Positions 22,246-34,392 of a stretch of 64,000 bases of DNA are shown piece by piece. Source of the stretch: Leucoraja erinacea. Lineage: Eukaryota. Position numbers and translations under genes: made by a program. Below the pieces are notes generated by a model. It saw nothing but the letters and a program-made list of their open reading frames with translations, was not told the origin of the DNA and did not search any database. Location of the stretch: contig NC_073381.1 of NCBI RefSeq assembly GCF_028641065.1, positions 31,124,001-31,188,000 of the forward strand, in the 5' to 3' direction. Position 1 is the stretch's first letter. Every line of letters begins with the position of its first letter.

Positions 22246-25149
22246 GTCAGAGGTGAAGCAGAGAAGCAAAACCCTTTATGGATAGAAAATGCGCATGAGT
22301 AGCCATGGAATGTTTTATTCCTATTTCCCGGGAATTAAATTTGGAACATAACTCGTGTGCAACCTTGTCCTCTGACAAAGTGATACCTGTACCATTCTTG
22401 GTCCATGACTCGGTTGCAGGGTGCTTCAACACTGGTTTTCATCAAATGCCCTTCAATATCATCTGAAGTGATGGGTATCTGACCTGCTAAATGACAGTAC
22501 AATCCTGCATCATCAAAGTCAAAAGGATTGTGGTTTAAATGTAAAGTGGAAAGCGAAAGAAAGAATTAAGTCATGAGAACATGGTCCCCTTCAACTGATG
22601 ACTCAAAAACTGCCATTCCAACAATGCCAAACATCATCTCTCAATGGCATGCATTCAGGACTGCTCCCCCTTCCATCAGCTCTTTATGATCTCAATTTGC
22701 ATCCATTTGACCTGCAGGAGAAAGGGAAGCATGGCAGAGAATGCCAATAAATTATTTGGTGAGGTTGCTGTCACGTTAAACAGCTGCCAGAATGCGCAGG
22801 CAAGATTTTCAGCAGTGTTAATTGTATGGGGGTGCAATGGAACTTATAACTGTTAGATGATAGTCCTGATTGATAGATTGTTGTAAGTGAGTGAAGGCAA
22901 TGTGGAGCCTCGAGCAATGGTTGAGGATAATAGAACAGTTGGTATAACATGGCATTTTTAAGATGCATTCATTGATCTTGGCTTCTCTGCTCTTATAATG
23001 TCAATGAATAGTATGATTAGCCCATGTTGAATACAGAAATCTGTTAAAAAAACAGGCAACACAAAGTTGCCACATTGAATGGAATGTGTATGGGCACAGG
23101 CAAACTCAGGGCTGAAGAGACTATTTCCATGCTGCAAGATATGGAAATCTGACATTATGTCTGCTGAATCAATTGGCTTTGATAACAAACTATTCAAATG
23201 CGTGATTTATTATAATTAAAGTCTGTGATTTATTATAATTAAAAAGACAATAAAAAGGCCAGGCAGCATCTCGCCGAGTTATTCCAGCATTTTGGATCTA
23301 TCTTGGGTGTAAACCAGCATCTGCAGTTTCTTCCTAGCAATAAAGGGTATATTGTTACACTTTTTTTTTAAAAATCATTACTACCAAAGTAACATTGAGG
23401 ATATGAAATTGTGTCTGATGTTGCTAATGGATAGCACACGTAATTAAATAGACTACAATGAATTTTACCTCTTTCCATGTTTTACAGTAGTAAAACAGAA
23501 AACCCCTTCCGCCCAACCACTTCACTAGAATCTCCTCTACCTTTTCCCATCCGTCCATCAACACAACCATCTATTCCCTTCTCCCTCATGCACTTGTCTC
23601 CCCTTAAATGCATATTTACTGTTGACTTCAGCCAGACTGTAGTTGCGATTGCCACATTCTCACCTCTCTTTAGGTTTTAAAAAATCTGAATTCCCTGATG
23701 CCTTTTTCGGAAACATCAGAAATCTAACGACATCCCACTTTCACACACACACAAACAAGAAAACAGTTGATAGTCTACTAGTCTAATAATCACAAATTAA
23801 CATTGGAAAAACTAAGAACCGCTGTATATAAAGTGCACAGAGATTGTGCTGATTCCCAGATTGTACCAATTAGTAAATTACATTAAACCCTGTCAGATGG
23901 TGACTGTCGGCAAATTTGGGGAAGTGAGGCCTACAGAAACGCAAAAGTATGAATGGGAACACGAAACATTGCAACAGGGCAAGAGAACACTGTGTTTAGG
24001 GCTCCCCCACTGTTCAGAGCAAATTAGTGCAACGGAGCTACAGTCCACATCGGTATTTATTGTTGTAGAAAAACGCAACATAAAATGAGGAAATGGAATC
24101 TGTTTCTCTGCGATTGGGCACTTCGACAAAGCTCAGCCTAGTCGTGAAAAACAGCTGATGAAATCTCATGTGCAAGGGCAAACCTTTCAGACAAAACCAA
24201 GAAATATCAACCCATCCAAATCAACTTTATTCTCCTGCGAAAATAAACATGGTATGGTGCAACAGCCCACTGACGCAATACCATAATTGTGTTAAAGGAC
24301 AGGTTAAATTTCCATTTAGTTTGGAAGAATGCATGGCGAGTACGAAAATGTAAATTCAGTAATTTAGTTCTTGTAGTTCCCAATATCAAGATGCAACGAT
24401 GGGAGTTAATGAACTCTCTGCCACGGGCGAGTTTTGGGTGGATATCACGAGGTGAAGATAAACAAAGTAGATGGGGGAAAAAATACGCTAAAAGAAAAGC
24501 AGCAACGCGCACCAACAATAACCACAAAGCCATTGTAATTGTTGGGATCAAGACCTGGGGAAGTCATACAGTGAGTTCCTAAAGCCTGTAAATGGTGCTG
24601 TAGTGTATTCATTAAAGACCTCATGACCTTTTATCTTGAAAACGATTAAGTTGTCTCTTTTTTTTTTGCATATGTGGTCATCGTGATACGTGAATGGATT
24701 CAGGATACATTTGTTTCCACAAATTGTGGTGAGAAACTAATTGATAATATATATATATATGTGTATATATACCTGCTGGTCTTAAAACATAACGAGGTTA
24801 TGATTACATCTTCATTGAGTTTGGGAGAGGGTGAACATAAAGCATGCTGTTGCCCGTGGCTTGCTGCTTGCTGCTGCATTCCTGCCGGTATTGCACAACT
24901 AACCCACCCACCCTCCTCCTTCCTTCACTCAGCATTCACCTCCTCTATGAATAAAGAGGCGCAGCTGGCGGGGATCAGGTTGCCAGCCCACTCACCACCT
25001 CACTCGCTCGCTCGCTGCCCCCTCCGCACCCGCTGCCACTTCATTGAATACCAAAGTAACGAGAAAAGAGTGCAGGGCGCCAATCTTCACTTTGCCCCCT
25101 CGTCGCAAAGGTGAAAAGCGCGGAGGCACAACGCTTTCAGCACCGACCC

Positions 25150-25400
25150 GTCCTGGGAGGATTACCCGGGCAGGCATGAAGCCATACAGGCATGCACGGC
25201 GGTGGAGGAGGGACGGTTAGGGGAGCGCACTCCTCGCGGAGAGATATCACCTACTTAGCGGAGTGAGGCCGAGAGCAGCCTAACGTGATTGCCGGATGTG
25301 ACGCACAGCGATGGTGGCCAATGAACGGCCGGGGTTTGGAGTGATTGACAGCGTGTGGAAGCGGGGGGCGGGCCCACACATATCAGGTTAGTGTGAGGCG
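25150..25400 (+). promoter_or_regulatory. TRIB2 putative CpG-rich TATA-less promoter
   Basis: High CpG density. CCGGATGTGACGCA (ETS/CRE-like, 25292-25305), CCAAT 25318-25322, TGATTGACAG (PBX-MEIS/PKNOX decamer) 25342-25351, GC box ~25365-25372. The TSS is not directly visible. Confidence 0.7.
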
Positions 25401-26508
25401 CAGTGGACCGCAGTCAGCGATTGCATTTAATGTAAGTAAGTGTGAGTGCTGCTGACATTATTCAGATTGCAGCCACGTAAGTAACACACAGCGATCGAAA
25501 CTGTCTTATGCCGGCTGTTACTGAAAGGGATTGGCCTGGTCCTGTCGGCCATCCCTTAATTTAGAGCAAACAAGCTGCAGATTTTTTTTGTTTTGCAAAA
25601 AGAAAAAGAAAAGTGTGCATCCAAGATCGTCATCTGAACAATTGTGCAGTTGCAAAAGCATCGGGAGTTTTTGTTTATAAGTCATCGCTGTGCTTGAATC
25701 CTAAGCTTGGAAGACATTTGAGTGCATAGTGGGAACACGATACGATTGATCTCTTTTGTCCTTGACTGTTATCTTTTATTATTTTATATAACTATATACA
25801 CACATATATTGCTGCTCGCCAATATCGGAAGGAAATCGCCAGTCAAAAGACTTGCTCACGAGAGCGTGTGAGGCCAAAGGAAATCCCCTTAAAGTTTTAC
25901 TTGGTGGACGTTGCAAAACAGATGACAAGACAGTGAATGCCGTACTCTTGTTTTATTATAGTTTGAGGCTATTTGTTTCCAGCTACAAGGAGAAAGACGC
26001 CGAGAGAGGAGATCGGACGCCACCTAGAGTCGGAGGGCGAGGATCCGAGAGTCGCCACCTGGCTGCCTTGTGCTGCGAGCGCCTCGGCGACTCTTTCTTG
26101 TGTTCGCTGCGGCGAATGCCCCCTCGTAGCCACAAGAACAAAAGCACTGAGAGCTGGCGCTCCACGCACCGCTTCGACAACTCCAGGGCTTTGATTCCAG
26201 GTGATTGCTTTAAATCTGACACATCCCAACGCTCTATGCAACAGACAAAAACTCTAGCAATAAAAACAGAGTCTACATTGTTACTCCAAATGGTGCTTAT
26301 CTTGAAATAAAGAAACGTCCTTTTACTCCTGCTGGGTTTTTCTTTAATTTTGAAAGGAAACCCACAACTGGATCTACAAGCCTAGACCAAAGTACGAAAA
26401 ACGAGAGGGAAACGCTCTCACAGTAGGTTTGAGTAAAATCATTCCTAAATTCCTGTCTGGACGTTTGCCAGTGCACCTATTTTTGAGAGGACTTCTATTT
26501 GCAGCTCC

Positions 26509-26781
26509 ATGAGCATACAGAGATCCAGTCCAATCAGCATTGTAAGGTATGGAAGATCGAGGCATAAGACTCATCACGAATATGAAGAATTATCTTGTGT
26601 AAGGACTAGTGACTGCAGCCAGAGTTTCAGCCCGAACCTAGGCTCTCCCAGCCCACCTGAAACCCCTAACTCGTCTCATTGCATTTCTCAAATCGGACAG
26701 TATCTATTGTTGGAACCATTAGAGGGTGACCACGTTCTTGGGGCTGTGCATTTGCATAGCGGCGAGGAGCTCATTTGTAAG
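26509..26781 (+). CDS. TRIB2: Tribbles pseudokinase 2, coding exon 1
   Basis: [18 protein letters not shown]...[17 protein letters not shown]...[25 protein letters not shown], the TRIB2-type N-terminus. Donor AAG|gtaaaa at 26782, phase 0. Confidence 0.96.
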
Positions 26782-27209
26782 GTAAAAAAACCCATTACCA
26801 ATACCTGAATGAAACGCCATTTGATTCAACATCAGTGATGTGTGCGCGTACAGTATAACACAATGAACTAGATGCAAATGCGTGGAAGTGCAGCCTCTTA
26901 ACGTGAAACGAGCAAAAACGTGAGCGGTTGGCTCCTTTAAAACGTATGATTCTGAAATTAAAACATAAGGAACGAAGTTTCAATTCATTTGTTAATTGTT
27001 TCATATAGGAAAAAAATGATATCTTCAATGCTGCAAAAAAGGAAACTTAATATAAAGGCCACTCCGTTCGATACAGCGTTGTAGCCATGTTGTTTTTTTT
27101 GGTAATTGTAGAATAATCAATAAATTGAATTATTTCAGTCTAATTCTACATTGGTTCTTATTGAAGTGGTGGGGAAAGATACCCAACTTACTCTGTTTTG
27201 TTTCCACAG

Positions 27210-27502
27210 GTATTCGATATTGGTCGATATCAAGAAACATTAGCAGCCTATTTTTGTTTGTCTGCTCATGAAAGCATCAATCAGATAACTGAAATTCTGC
27301 TAGGGGAACAACGATCATACGTTTTCTTTGAAAAGAGCCATGGGGATATGCACTCATTTGTTCGCACTTGCAAGAGGCTCAAAGAAAATGAAGCAGCAAG
27401 ATTATTCTACCAGATAACGTCTGCTGTAGCGCACTGCCACGATAATGGCGTGGTGCTGCGAGATCTCAAATTAAGGAAATTTGTATTTAAAGACGAAGAA
27501 CG
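27210..27502 (+). CDS. TRIB2: Tribbles pseudokinase 2, coding exon 2
   Basis: Acceptor tttccacag|. VFDI...[11 protein letters not shown]...[15 protein letters not shown]. Donor CG|gtgag, phase 2. 293 bp. Confidence 0.97.
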
Positions 27503-30194
27503 GTGAGATTTGACAACCCACGATCGTTTTAATCTACTAGACATAATGCAAAGAGTATGCTGTTTGCATTATAAATATAAATAGACCTTAGAGGTGCAGC
27601 GGTGTAAGAGAGGAGTGCAATACTTTGTTTAAACTGTTACACTCCTCCTCCAATGATATCCCTTGTCAATGACGTTTACATCAGTTGGTAAATATTTAAA
27701 GTAACTCAGCATTACGTTGTTGACATTGTTTAGATTGATTTAAGTATCTCATCCTACTGAATATACTACTTCATCTCTTTTTTTTAACGCGGTTATCCAT
27801 ACCATGAGATTATTGCCCCAGAAATTGCCAGCACGCTTATGGTTGCAAGATGCCATGTGCTCATTTTCAATCAAAGGGTAATCCTAAATGCGGTGCACAT
27901 TTGTTACAATCGTTTATAACACCCTCCCCCCTAAAAAGGAAATCTTTAGTTGGACGCATTTCTTTTCAGGTCCTCAGTTTGATGCTGTAGTTTAAATTCG
28001 AGCTCGCTGAGTACGATGTGTTTAGCTAGAAGAGAAAACCGGGGGTATCACAACCGCAGACATTGTAGATGGCGTTGCAAATACTGTATGTTCTTCCCAC
28101 GCAGTAATACCTGGTCGTAAACTCTAGTAGCCGAGTGGCAGAAGAAGATGGCTTTTTAATGCATCGTGGAAAACTAAAAAAAAAGTCTGCATATGTTTGG
28201 TATATTTGCTGTGACCCACGTGCTATGCATTGTGTACTGGATTTTGCATGTAGCATGCAGATGAAGAAATAATGTACCCAAGCGTACAAGATTAATATCC
28301 ATACATTTTGAATATCTTAATACGTGCCCCAATAATCCTGCAGTTCAAGGCAATCGAATTTGAATAGCAGTTGCAGCGCCGTTTTACTTGATATATTGAA
28401 ATGGATAGGGGAGGTGTAATGAGGGTGCAAGGCAAATATTAAGAGTTTGGTTTGGTTTACTGAGTCGGCATTCAATATGCACCATGTGGCCCCTGGCTCC
28501 CGTGTCCGCAGTTAGCATTGCCCGCCCCAGTGATCGGAAAAACCAGAGCTGTTTTTTATCCGCATAGTAATCAACTTAAGTCCGAGTTATTTAACTGCAG
28601 AATGCGAAATGCAAACTAGTTTCGAAGGCGATCTTAACATTTTGTAAAATTTAAATGCTATTTAAAAAACTGTACAGCGACGGAACTGTGTCAGCTTTTT
28701 GGCCCGTGCGCTGTTGCATCGTGCGCTTTTGTTTGGGTTCTGTTTGCAGGAAGCAGCCGCTGATGCGCAGTCGTTTTGAGGCCAGGTCAGTCAGCGGGTG
28801 TACCCACCTGGCGATGGTTGCAGCAGGCGTGCCCCGCACTTGTGTGTGACCCGGGACGCTTGCAGTGAGCTCGGGGGAGGTAGAGTGGTGAAGGAGGCTG
28901 TCCTGGTGGCAAGTCTCTATGGCGACGTAAACGCATTTCCTGCACATTGCTCTGTGGTCTCATTTACACAGCAATGGGAAGGTATTGGCAGTCGTAGTTT
29001 CCTTTTTGCTTGCCAAGCAGCTGTTTGTTTTTTCCCCCTCCCTCTTATATTTTAAATCCACATTACCTTTTCCATATGTCCTCTCTTTAAAAAAAACACA
29101 AAAAAACGGCCTTGGTAGCAACAAGAGGAATCTTCGTCAGAATGTGTCGACCTTCCCAGCGGTAACGAGCCACCGAATTTGCCCTGGCGCCGCTAAAAAA
29201 AAGTGGCTTTGTAATTATAGGAAATTAAACCATGATCTTTTTTTTGTATCTCTACTGATTGTGGATCAGATTGCAGCAAGTAAATCAGACCGCCAATGTC
29301 AAAGGGGAGGTTGCTCCTTGCACTGTAACTGTTGCAATTAAGAGTTTATAAACCAATTGAAAGTACATCAGATAAGCATATAAAGTAATTAAACAGACAG
29401 GGTGGAAAAAAAACCTTCGGGTCTTTTTAAAAAAAAAAACCACAATCTTACCAGCTGCTTTAAAACATGCCCATGCTTCTATTTATGGTAGTAATACCTT
29501 TATGTATCTGTTGACTCTTCTTTTGATGGGCACTTAAAATATCTAGATTTAAAAAAATGCATCGGTACACATCTTAATATGCAATAAAATACCCAGAGAT
29601 TTAAAGTACTGTAACTCCATTTGTACTGCAGGGCATTTGAGAATGTCGCTCACAGTAAGTAGGACTGAGTGAATGCCTAATGTCTGCACAGTAAACGGGT
29701 TGGGGAAAAAGAATTGGTAGCAAAGTTTTTTTTAATCCTTGATGGTCGTAAAGGGTGTGTCTGAATTCAATAATCATTTTTTAGCTGTGAACCTGGGTGA
29801 TGTAGTATGCTAACAAATGCATGTGTTGCTGAGATGTCACTAAAAAAATCACTTGCTTGCATAACAAATTAGTCTTTATTTCAAGCAGTTTTATGTCACT
29901 TGAGTCTTTGCATGGTTTTGGCCTCTTGTGTTAGAAGTGGAATGTGAAGTTTTTTTTTGCTGTAATGGATAATGCTGTTGGTCTCCAAAAATTGCAAGAA
30001 AATTTCAATTTTAAGTACCAGAAGAACTGAGCAAAACGGAACCACTGATAGATTTGGGTATCTTGACTATCACAATTAACTGACATATTTTAATAATAGT
30101 TCTTCCTCCAGTTTCAGAGTATTTGGACTATTCAAGTGGGTATGAATGTTCTCATTTTCTTCAGGGAGTTTTAATGAATCCTTCAATATCTTAG

Positions 30195-32075
30195 TACTGT
30201 GGTGCAGCTGATAGAGCTGCTATCTCACAGCACCAAAGACCCAGGCCGGATGCTGTCTGTGTGGAGTTTGCACATTCTCCCTGTGACTGTGTGGGTTTCC
30301 ACCAGGTGCTCTGGTTTCCTGAAACATCCCTGGCTTTGTAGGATAATCTCTTCTGTAAATTACTAGTGTGCAGGATATGAAACTGGGATAACATAGATCT
30401 AGTGTAAATGGGTTAGAAAGAACTGCAGATGCTGGAAAAATCAAAGGTAGACAAAAAAGCTGGAGAACTCAGCGGGTGAGGAAGCATCTATGGAGAGAAG
30501 GAATAAGCGACATTTTGGGTCGAGACCCTTCTTCAGACTGATGGGGGGGGGGGGTTGGAGAAAGTAAGAGGTTGGAGACAGTAGGCTTTGTGGGAGAGCT
30601 GGTAAGGGGGAGGGGAAGGAGGGAGAAAGCAAGGGCTATCTAAAATTAGAGGTCGATATTCATACTGCTGGGGTGTAACAAAGCAAAATATGAGGTGCTG
30701 TTCCTCCAATTTGTGCTGGGCCTCACTCTGGCAGTGGTGGAGGCCCAGGACAGAAAGGTCAGATTGGGAATGGGAGGGGGAGTTGAAGTGCTGAGCAACC
30801 GGGAGACCAGGTTGGTTAATACAATCTGAGCGGAGGTGTTGGGTGAAGCGATTGCCGAGCCTGCGCTTGATCTCGCCGATGTAGAGAAGTTGGCACCTGG
30901 AACAGCGGATACAGTAGATGAGGTTGGAGGAGGTGCTGGTGAATCTCTGTCTCACCTGGAAATGAACCTCTGTCTCACCTGAAAAGATTGATTGGGTCCT
31001 TGGATGGAGTCGAGGGGGGAGGTAAAGCGACATGTGTAGCATTTCCTGCAGTTGCAGGGGAAAGTACCCGGGGAGGATGTGGTTTGGTTAGGAAGGGACG
31101 AATTGACCAGCGAGTTATGGAGGGAACATTCTCTACGGAAAGCAGAAAGGGGAGGAGATGGGAAGATGTGGCCAGTGGTACGATCCCGTTGAAGGTGGCG
31201 AAAACGTCGGAGGATTATATGTTGTATGCGACGGCTGATGGGATGGAAGGAGGAACTCTGTCCTTGTTATGAGTAGAGGGATGGGGAGTAAGAACGGAGC
31301 TGTGGGATATAGAGGAGAGAGTCCTTACAGGAAGCAGGGTGGTGGGAAGAAGTGTAGTGAAGATAGCTATGGGAGTCAGTGAGGTTGTAGTAGATGTCGG
31401 TCAGTAGTCTGTTGCCTGCGATGGAGATGGTGAGATCTAGAAACGGTAGGGAGATGTCGGAAATGGTCCAGGTGAATTTGAGTGCCGGATGGAAATTAGT
31501 GGTGTAATGGATGAAGTCTGAGTTTTGCATGGGTGCAGGAGGTAGCACCAATGCAGTTGTCAATGTAGAGGAGGTAGAGTTCGGGGGTAGGGCCAGGGTA
31601 CGCCTCGAACAGAGATTGTTTGACGTACCCTACAAAGAGGCAGGCATAGTTAGGGCCCATGCGCGTGCCCATAGCCACACCTTGGATTTGGAGGAAATGG
31701 GAGGAATCAAAGGAAAAGTTGTTGAGGGTAAGGACCAGGTCCGCTAGGAGGAGGAGAGTGTTAGTAGACAGAAATTGGTTGGTTTTGTGGCCGAGGAAGA
31801 AATGGAGGGCTTTAAGACCCTCGTGGTAGGGGATGGAGGTATAGAGTGACTGGACATCCATAGTGAAGATGAGGGAGTGGGGGCCTGGAAAATGAAGTCA
31901 TGAAGGAGACAAAGAGCGTGTGGGGTGTCTTGGACATAGGTGGGGGGGAGGGATAGGATGGAGTCAAGGTATGTGGAAATAAGTTAGGTGGGACATGATG
32001 TCTACCTAGTGTAAATGGGTGATCGATGGTTAACGCACTCAGTGGGGAGAAGGGCCTGTTTCCACGCTGCACCAG
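30195..32075 (+). mobile_element. V-domain (HE1-like) tRNA-derived SINE split by Penelope
   Basis: tRNA-like head and V-domain gtgtggagtttgcacattctccctgtg at 30195-30413. The 3' part gggcctgtttccacgctg resumes at 32021. Confidence 0.8.
30414..32005 (-). mobile_element. Penelope-like element (RT + GIY-YIG), decayed, in TRIB2 intron 2
   Basis: MDVQSLYTSIP, GVAMGTRMGP, YIDN (YIDD), LPFLD, NLIYCIRC..YIGE. 15-bp TSD ctagtgtaaatgggt at 30399-30413 and 32006-32020. Confidence 0.93.
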
Positions 32076-32319
32076 TAAAGCAAAGCTTAGAATCCTGGCT
32101 TGTGTTTTTAAACTGGGTTGATGCGAGTAAGTTGCTTGCCATTTTTATGGATGGGTTTCCTTAGAAATCGATCTTGCACAGAGATGTTTCAAAAATGGTT
32201 ACATTCAAATGAAGGTTATATTAATCACCAAACCTGAGGATTGGCTCTGTAAACATGCAAGCTATAATCTGATAACTTGTTTAAAACCTTGATAACTAAT
32301 TTTGAAAAATTAGTTCTCT

Positions 32320-33080
32320 GTGACTCCTTGCTCTACTCATCTCTCTCCCCTCCCCAGGCATTTTCTCCTGTAACCACACCCCTCCTTTGCATCCATTCAA
32401 GGATCTCAACAACTCTTGCTGCAGCATCGGGGTGACCAGGCGTGGACTAGGTGACTACTTCACCAAACACGTGCTCCATCTTGCAGGGCCAGCTGGAGCT
32501 TCTAGTTGTTAACCACTTCAATTCTCCTTCCCATTCCCATATCAACCTGTCTGTACTCTGCCTCATCTATTGCCAGCGTGAGCCCACATGCAAACTGGAA
32601 GAATGGCACTTGCATGTTTTATTTGGGTGGCCTACAATGGCAAGAACATTTAAATTCTCCAATTTCAGGTTAAACCCCCACCCCCTCCTCTTCATCTACC
32701 CAGCTTCACCCTAACTCGTTCGCATCTTATTTTTTTCTACTCCTCTCTCTTCCACCACCCCCCTTTCCCGGTTCCCTTCTTCCCACTCCTGTTTCATTCC
32801 CCACATTTCCTTATCAGATTCCGCCATTTGTAGCCCATAGTTTTATCCACCTGTACCTGCAGCCCAGGCTACCATCTTCACCCTTCTCTCACCTCCCCCC
32901 ACTCTATCTTGCGTCTGCCAGTCAACCCTTTCCTACCTGGACCCACCTATAACTATGCCAGCTCTTGCCTCCTCCTTTCCCCTTCACTCTTTCTGCCAGC
33001 TATTTCTCTTCTACTCCATCAGTGTGAAGATGGCACTTCAACACAAAATATTATATTTCCATCTACAGATGCTGCTTGAT
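32320..33080 (+). mobile_element. Older Penelope 3' remnant
   Basis: VVNHFNSPSHSHINLSVL...KLEE, pyrimidine tract and a degenerate terminal unit. Confidence 0.75.
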
Positions 33081-34084
33081 TTAAGTTTATTGTTTTGAAT
33101 AATGAATGGATGCTATTTTTTCTTATTCACATAACATTGATTAGGAATTATTGCGGAACTGTTCATTGCTCTTGATGTGAAATGTATAAATATCGGGGTG
33201 TACATTCTTTAATATTTTCTTGCAACTGGGACCACTTTGATCATCTGTATTGTCCTATTGTAACTCTCCTGGAAGTAAGGGGCACAAATGCCACGTGTAG
33301 TTGGTTCCATGGAGTAGCTAGTTTTCCAAGATACACTTTGGGCAAAGTGTCTCCTCATAATATGCTGAGTAGCTATCCACTGTGTACATGAAAAGTGGAC
33401 GGGCCAGCAGTAAAAATACTGGTAGAGTGGTATAATTGCTTATTCATTATAGAATAGTGCTGCAGCTTTTATCTTGGAAGTTCATTAAGGATGAATGCTG
33501 GATGGGTATATCTTTTTTTTGCAGGCTATCTGATTGTAATACTCTGCTTAAGGGCTTTGGTGGGTTTGGACACTTCTGTCAACTTCATAGTCTGAAAATA
33601 TGTATCTGCATTGCGCTTACTCATTTCCATTTTAAGATATTAATCTCAATTAACTTCAATCCCCAATGCAGAGGGAAATTTCCATAGCCGCCTTCAATCC
33701 CACTATTAAAACTATAACTTTAGATGAAATAGAGTTTGCCCATGATTTTTGGCAAACCCATTAAAGTAACCACATTGCACATTAAGCTAACACTGGTTGC
33801 ATTTTGAAAATTAGTTTGCTTTGAATTAATTTCACCTTTTTTTCCATTGCCAGAACAAAATTGTCCCCATTGTCTCACCTTTGCCTTTTGAATGTGGTGA
33901 CTCGTAGTTTGATTAAGGTTTCTGCCTGGCTTGGAACCTTGCCCATGTAACTATTCTTTATGTATGAATCCAAACTGTTTGTGGGACATTCTCCTGACAA
34001 CAGTAGTTAACACCAGATCTTACCAGGTAAATGCACGTTTCCTGATGTTGGCCCCTGGATAATGGGCAGCCAGTTTTCTTATAA

Positions 34085-34392
34085 AGGTTTAATTTAGAGA
34101 TGCAGCCTGCAAACGGGTCCTTCGGCCCACCAAGTCCATGCCAACCATCCGGTTCACACGAATTCTACATTATCCCTCTTTCGCATCCACTCCCGATTCA
34201 CTAGAGCAATTTGCAGAGGCCAATTAATCTATAAACATATACATCTGTGGGATGTGGGAAGAAACCAGAGCATTTGGAGGAAACCCACAAAGTCATAGAG
34301 AGAATGGGCAAACTGCACCCAGACCGTCACAGATCAGCTTGAACCCGGGTCACTGGTGCTGTGAGGCAGCAGCTTTACCAGCTGCGCCACTT
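34085..34392 (-). mobile_element. HE1-like V-SINE
   Basis: Reverse complement of the same head, V-domain and tail as 36232-36547. Confidence 0.75.

Noticed and set aside
23202-23243. 19-bp tandem duplication gtgatttattataattaaa
   Set aside because: Ordinary local slippage duplication with no further structure.
25852-26310. 152-aa ORF upstream of TRIB2 as a separate gene or extra coding exon
   Set aside because: Starts at a non-ATG codon, has no recognisable domain or exon structure; only its ATG-initiated part is kept as a uORF.
29405-29430. acc-TTCG-ggt hairpin followed by a T-run, resembling a bacterial terminator
   Set aside because: Very short stem in an A/T-rich eukaryotic intron; chance is sufficient.
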